Origin: Escherichia coli
Lineage (GTDB): Bacteria; Pseudomonadota; Gammaproteobacteria; Enterobacterales; Enterobacteriaceae
Length of the DNA: 64,000 nucleotides
Assembly: GCF_017348835.2 (NCBI RefSeq)
Contig: NZ_CP071375.1
Direction: 5' to 3' (one strand)
Position 1 is the stretch's first letter, and each line of letters starts with the position of its first letter. Made by a program: the position numbers and the translations under genes. Positions 59,819 through 64,000 of the stretch are shown here, in pieces. Below the pieces are notes generated by a model, which was not told the DNA's origin, ran no database searches, and saw nothing but the letters and a program-made list of their open reading frames with translations.

Positions 59819-60447
59819 TAATGCCCCGCCAGCAGATGGTGGTCGAGCGCAAAATGTACCAGTTCAATGGTGCTATGGCAGTTCAGTTTTCCCAGCACAT
59901 TGGCGCGATGCACATGTACCGTTTTATGACTGAGTTCGAGTTTAAAGGCGATCTCTTTAACGCTGTCTCCTTTGACCAGTAAATCAAACACTTCACGTTC
60001 TCGTGGGGTGAGAATTTCCAGCGCCTGGGCGGGTTGCCCGCCGCCGCGTAAAGCCCGAATCGCATCGGCACAGAGATAATGCCCGCCCAGCCCGACCGAG
60101 CGCACCGCCTGCACTAACTCTTCCGGCCCACAGCGTTTGGTTAAATACCCGCTGGCACCGGCATCCAGCGCGCTTTGCACAAAGGTTGGCGCGTCATAAA
60201 TGCTAAGAATAATGGCGCGAAATTGCGGTTTTTGTGCACGCAGGCGCTTAAGCAAACTGAGGCCGTTTTCGTCCGGCATGGCAATATCAATGACGGCAAC
60301 ATTGACGTCATCACGGATTAATGCCGACCATGCCTGCGCGGCACTACTGTACTGACCAATGACCTCCAGATCGTCTTCCAGAGAGAGTAATTGTGCGAAG
60401 CCAGAGCGCACCACCACATGGTCATCCACCAGCACTACCCGAATCAT
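59818..60447 (-). CDS. response regulator, NarL/FixJ family, UhpA-like (209 aa)
   Basis: Receiver domain (VVLVDDH...IDIAMPD) and LuxR-type HTH (EIAFKLELSHKTVHVHRANVLGKL). Confidence 0.85.
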   Translation of the reverse strand: MIRVVLVDDHVVVRSGFAQLLSLEDDLEVIGQYSSAAQAWSALIRDDVNVAVIDIAMPDENGLSLLKRLRAQKPQFRAIILSIYDAPTFVQSALDAGASGYLTKRCGPEELVQAVRSVGLGGHYLCADAIRALRGGGQPAQALEILTPREREVFDLLVKGDSVKEIAFKLELSHKTVHVHRANVLGKLNCHSTIELVHFALDHHLLAGH

Positions 60448-60749
60448 ACTTTTCTTCTCTTATTATCTAATTCTCCTATCATGCATCACGGCGCGGCGCT
60501 GGCAATCAACCAGCGACAGATATGGAATGGATGTAACAAAATGGCAATAATTTGCCGGAGCGCGCACATCTTATCTGTCTTGTGAACCGGCGGGATACGT
60601 TCGCCAAAACCGCAAAATGTGCAAACTCGCTAACCATTGCCGATTTTTTTCTAAAAACGCTTTGTTCTTAACAAGACCTTTTAATTCCTTTATCAAACTG
60701 ACCCGCAACGAAATACTGCTCCCATAACAAGACAGGGGAGCAGACAATC

Positions 60750-61712
60750 ATGGCAATTTCATCGCGTAACACTCTTCTTGCCGCACTGGCATTCATCGCT
60801 TTTCAGGCGCAGGCGGTGAACGTCACCGTGGCGTATCAAACCTCAGCCGAACCGGCGAAAGTGGCTCAGGCCGACAACACCTTTGATAAAGAAAGCGGAG
60901 CAACCGTGGACTGGCGTAAGTTTGACAGCGGAGCCAGCATCGTGCGGGCGCTGGCTTCAGGCGACGTGCAAATCGGCAACCTCGGTTCCAGCCCGTTAGC
61001 GGTTGCAGCCAGCCAACAGGTGCCGATTGAAGTCTTCTTGCTGGCGTCAAAACTGGGTAACTCCGAAGCGCTGGTGGTAAAGAAAACTATCAGCAAACCG
61101 GAAGATCTGATTGGCAAACGCATCGCCGTACCGTTTATCTCCACCACCCACTACAGCCTGCTGGCGGCGCTGAAACACTGGGGCATTAAACCCGGGCAAG
61201 TGGAGATTGTGAACCTGCAGCCGCCCGCGATTATCGCTGCCTGGCAGCGGGGAGATATTGATGGTGCTTATGTCTGGGCACCGGCGGTTAACGCCCTGGA
61301 AAAAGACGGCAAGGTGTTGACCGATTCTGAACAGGTCGGGCAGTGGGGCGCGCCAACGCTGGACGTTTGGGTGGTGCGCAAAGATTTTGCCGAGAAACAT
61401 CCTGAGGTCGTGAAAGCGTTCGCTAAAAGCGCCATCGATGCTCAGCAACCGTACATTGCTAACCCAGACGTGTGGCTGAAACAGCCGGAAAACATCAGCA
61501 AACTGGCGCGTTTAAGCGGCGTGCCTGAAGGTGACGTTCCGGGGCTGGTGAAGGGGAATACCTATCTGACGCCGCAGCAACAAACGGCAGAACTGACCGG
61601 ACCGGTGAACAAAGCGATCATCGACACCGCGCAGTTTTTGAAAGAGCAGGGCAAGGTCCCGGCTGTAGCGAATGATTACAGCCAGTACGTTACCTCGCGC
61701 TTCGTGCAATAA
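60750..61712 (+). CDS. tauA: taurine ABC transporter periplasmic binding protein
   Basis: 320 aa with signal peptide. Confidence 0.9.
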   Translation: MAISSRNTLLAALAFIAFQAQAVNVTVAYQTSAEPAKVAQADNTFDKESGATVDWRKFDSGASIVRALASGDVQIGNLGSSPLAVAASQQVPIEVFLLASKLGNSEALVVKKTISKPEDLIGKRIAVPFISTTHYSLLAALKHWGIKPGQVEIVNLQPPAIIAAWQRGDIDGAYVWAPAVNALEKDGKVLTDSEQVGQWGAPTLDVWVVRKDFAEKHPEVVKAFAKSAIDAQQPYIANPDVWLKQPENISKLARLSGVPEGDVPGLVKGNTYLTPQQQTAELTGPVNKAIIDTAQFLKEQGKVPAVANDYSQYVTSRFVQ

Positions 61713-61724
61713 AAGGAGGCGCAG

Positions 61725-62492
61725 ATGCTGCAAATCTCTCATCTTTACGCCGATTATGGCGGCAAACCGGTACTGGAAGATATCAACCTGACGCTGGAAA
61801 GCGGCGAGCTACTGGTGGTGCTGGGGCCGTCCGGCTGCGGTAAAACCACCCTGCTGAATTTGATTGCCGGTTTTGTGCCTTATCAGCATGGCAGCATTCA
61901 ACTGGCGGGTAAGCGTATTGAGGGGCCGGGAGCAGAGCGTGGCGTAGTTTTTCAGAATGAAGGGCTACTACCGTGGCGCAATGTACAGGACAACGTGGCG
62001 TTCGGCCTGCAATTGGCAGGTATAGAGAAAATGCAGCGACTGGAAATCGCGCACCAGATGCTGAAAAAAGTGGGGCTGGAAGGCGCAGAAAAACGCTACA
62101 TCTGGCAGCTTTCCGGTGGTCAACGTCAGCGGGTGGGGATTGCCCGCGCGCTGGCGGCGAATCCCCAGCTGTTATTACTCGACGAACCGTTTGGTGCGCT
62201 GGACGCCTTCACCCGCGACCAGATGCAAACCCTGCTGCTGAAACTCTGGCAGGAGACGGGCAAGCAGGTGCTGTTGATTACCCACGATATAGAAGAAGCG
62301 GTGTTTATGGCGACTGAACTGGTTCTGCTTTCATCCGGCCCTGGCCGTGTGCTGGAGCGGCTGCCGCTCAACTTTGCTCGCCGCTTTGTTGCGGGAGAGT
62401 CGAGCCGCAGCATCAAGTCCGATCCACAATTCATCGCCATGCGCGAATATGTTTTAAGCCGCGTATTTGAGCAACGGGAGGCGTTCTCATGA
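61725..62492 (+). CDS. tauB: taurine ABC transporter ATP-binding protein
   Basis: 255 aa; Walker [10 protein letters not shown], signature LSGGQRQRV. Confidence 0.9.
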   Translation: MLQISHLYADYGGKPVLEDINLTLESGELLVVLGPSGCGKTTLLNLIAGFVPYQHGSIQLAGKRIEGPGAERGVVFQNEGLLPWRNVQDNVAFGLQLAGIEKMQRLEIAHQMLKKVGLEGAEKRYIWQLSGGQRQRVGIARALAANPQLLLLDEPFGALDAFTRDQMQTLLLKLWQETGKQVLLITHDIEEAVFMATELVLLSSGPGRVLERLPLNFARRFVAGESSRSIKSDPQFIAMREYVLSRVFEQREAFS

Positions 62493-63316
62493 GTGTGCTC
62501 ATTAATGAAAAACTGCATTCGCGGCGGCTGAAATGGCGCTGGCCGCTCTCGCGTCAGGTGACCTTAAGCATTGGCACGTTAGCGGTTTTACTCACTGTAT
62601 GGTGGACGGTGGCGGCGCTGCAACTGATTAGCCCGCTGTTTTTGCCGCCGCCGCAACAAGTACTGGCAAAACTGCTCACCATTGCCGGACCGCAGGGATT
62701 TATGGACGCCACGCTGTGGCAGCATCTGGCAGCCAGCCTGACGCGCATTGTGCTGGCGCTACTCGCGGCGGTGTTGATCGGCATTCCGGTCGGGATCGCC
62801 ATGGGGCTAAGCCCGACGGTGCGCGGCATTCTGGATCCGGTAATCGAACTTTATCGTCCGGTGCCACCGCTGGCTTATTTACCACTGATGGTGATCTGGT
62901 TTGGTATTGGCGAAACCTCGAAGATCTTACTGATCTATTTAGCGATTTTTGCGCCGGTGGCGATGTCGGCGCTGGCAGGGGTGAAAAGCGCGCAGCAGGT
63001 TCGCATTCGTGCCGCCCAGTCGCTGGGTGCCAGCCGTGCGCAGGTGCTGTGGTTTGTCATTTTGCCCGGCGCGCTGCCGGAAATCCTCACCGGATTACGT
63101 ATTGGTCTGGGTGTGGGCTGGTCTACGCTGGTGGCGGCGGAGCTGATTGCCGCGACGCGCGGTTTAGGATTTATGGTTCAGTCAGCGGGTGAATTTCTCG
63201 CGACTGACGTGGTGCTGGCGGGGATCGCGGTGATTGCGATTATCGCCTTTCTTTTAGAACTGGGTCTGCGCGCGTTACAGCGCCGCCTGACGCCCTGGCA
63301 TGGAGAAGTACAATGA
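62489..63316 (+). CDS. tauC: taurine ABC transporter permease
   Basis: 275 aa; ATGA overlaps with tauB and tauD. Confidence 0.9.
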   Translation: MSVLINEKLHSRRLKWRWPLSRQVTLSIGTLAVLLTVWWTVAALQLISPLFLPPPQQVLAKLLTIAGPQGFMDATLWQHLAASLTRIVLALLAAVLIGIPVGIAMGLSPTVRGILDPVIELYRPVPPLAYLPLMVIWFGIGETSKILLIYLAIFAPVAMSALAGVKSAQQVRIRAAQSLGASRAQVLWFVILPGALPEILTGLRIGLGVGWSTLVAAELIAATRGLGFMVQSAGEFLATDVVLAGIAVIAIIAFLLELGLRALQRRLTPWHGEVQ

Positions 63317-64000
63317 GTGAACGTCTGAGCATTACCCCGCTGGGGCCGTATATCGGAGCACAAATTTCGGGTGCCGACCTGACGCGCCCGTTAAGCGATA
63401 ATCAGTTTGAACAACTTTACCATGCTGTACTGCGCCATCAGGTGGTGTTTCTGCGCGATCAAGCCATTACGCCGCAGCAGCAACGCGCGCTGGCCCAGCG
63501 TTTTGGTGAACTGCATATTCACCCTGTTTACCCTCATGCCGAAGGGGTTGACGAGATCATCGTGCTGGATACCCATAACGATAATCCGCCAGATAACGAC
63601 ACCTGGCATACCGATGTGACATTTATTGAAACGCCACCCGCAGGGGCGATTCTGGCAGCGAAAGAGTTACCTTCGACCGGCGGCGATACGCTCTGGACCA
63701 GCGGTATTGCGGCCTATGAGGCGCTCTCTGTTCCCTTCCGCCAGCTGCTGAGCGGGCTGCGTGCGGAGCATGATTTTCGTAAATCGTTCCCGGAATACAA
63801 ATACCGCAAAAGCGAGGAGGAACATCAACGCTGGCGCGAGGCGGTCGCGAAAAACCCGCCGTTGCTACATCCGATGGTGCGAACGCATCCGGTGAGCGGT
63901 AAACAGGCGCTGTTTGTGAATGAAGGCTTTACTACGCGAATTGTTGATGTGAGCGAGAAAGAGAGCGAAGCCTTGTTAAGTTTTTTGTTTGCCCATATCA
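63313..64000 (+). CDS. tauD: taurine dioxygenase (alpha-ketoglutarate dependent), 5' part only
   Basis: Manual translation from the ATG at 63313 gives [52 protein letters not shown]; runs to the window edge. Confidence 0.88.
   Translation, partial: MSERLSITPLGPYIGAQISGADLTRPLSDNQFEQLYHAVLRHQVVFLRDQAITPQQQRALAQRFGELHIHPVYPHAEGVDEIIVLDTHNDNPPDNDTWHTDVTFIETPPAGAILAAKELPSTGGDTLWTSGIAAYEALSVPFRQLLSGLRAEHDFRKSFPEYKYRKSEEEHQRWREAVAKNPPLLHPMVRTHPVSGKQALFVNEGFTTRIVDVSEKESEALLSFLFAHI

Noticed and set aside
52655-60447. Possibility that the afu/uhp-like island is a mobile element
   Set aside because: No integrase, transposase, tRNA target, inverted terminal repeats or flanking direct repeats were seen; it looks like an indel-type accessory locus.

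Overview
This 64 kb window is Escherichia coli chromosome, spanning the region from yahB to tauD, from a strain that is not K-12. Recognised by direct reading of the translated ORFs and regulatory sequences, in order: yahB (partial), yahC, the yahDEFG-yahIJ cluster, an accessory sugar-type ABC transporter with an ASCH-domain gene, yahK, yahL, yahM, yahN (apparently frameshifted), yahO, prpR-prpBCDE, codBA, cynR-cynTSX, lacAYZ-lacI, a two-gene accessory module (DJ-1/AraC regulator plus MBL-fold hydrolase), mhpR-mhpABCDFE-mhpT, yaiL, frmRAB, a UhpABC-like sensing module fused to afuABC, and tauABC with the start of tauD. REP/BIME repeat arrays fill many intergenic gaps. Most of the window is well-characterised core genome. 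The parts worth a second look are the three accessory insertions relative to K-12 as I recall that map, the poorly characterised yahDEFGIJ module, and the lacI promoter lying inside the 3' end of an accessory regulator gene. No CRISPR array, rRNA, tRNA, integrase or transposase was seen. All coordinates come from the supplied ORF track and manual reading; no database search was run.
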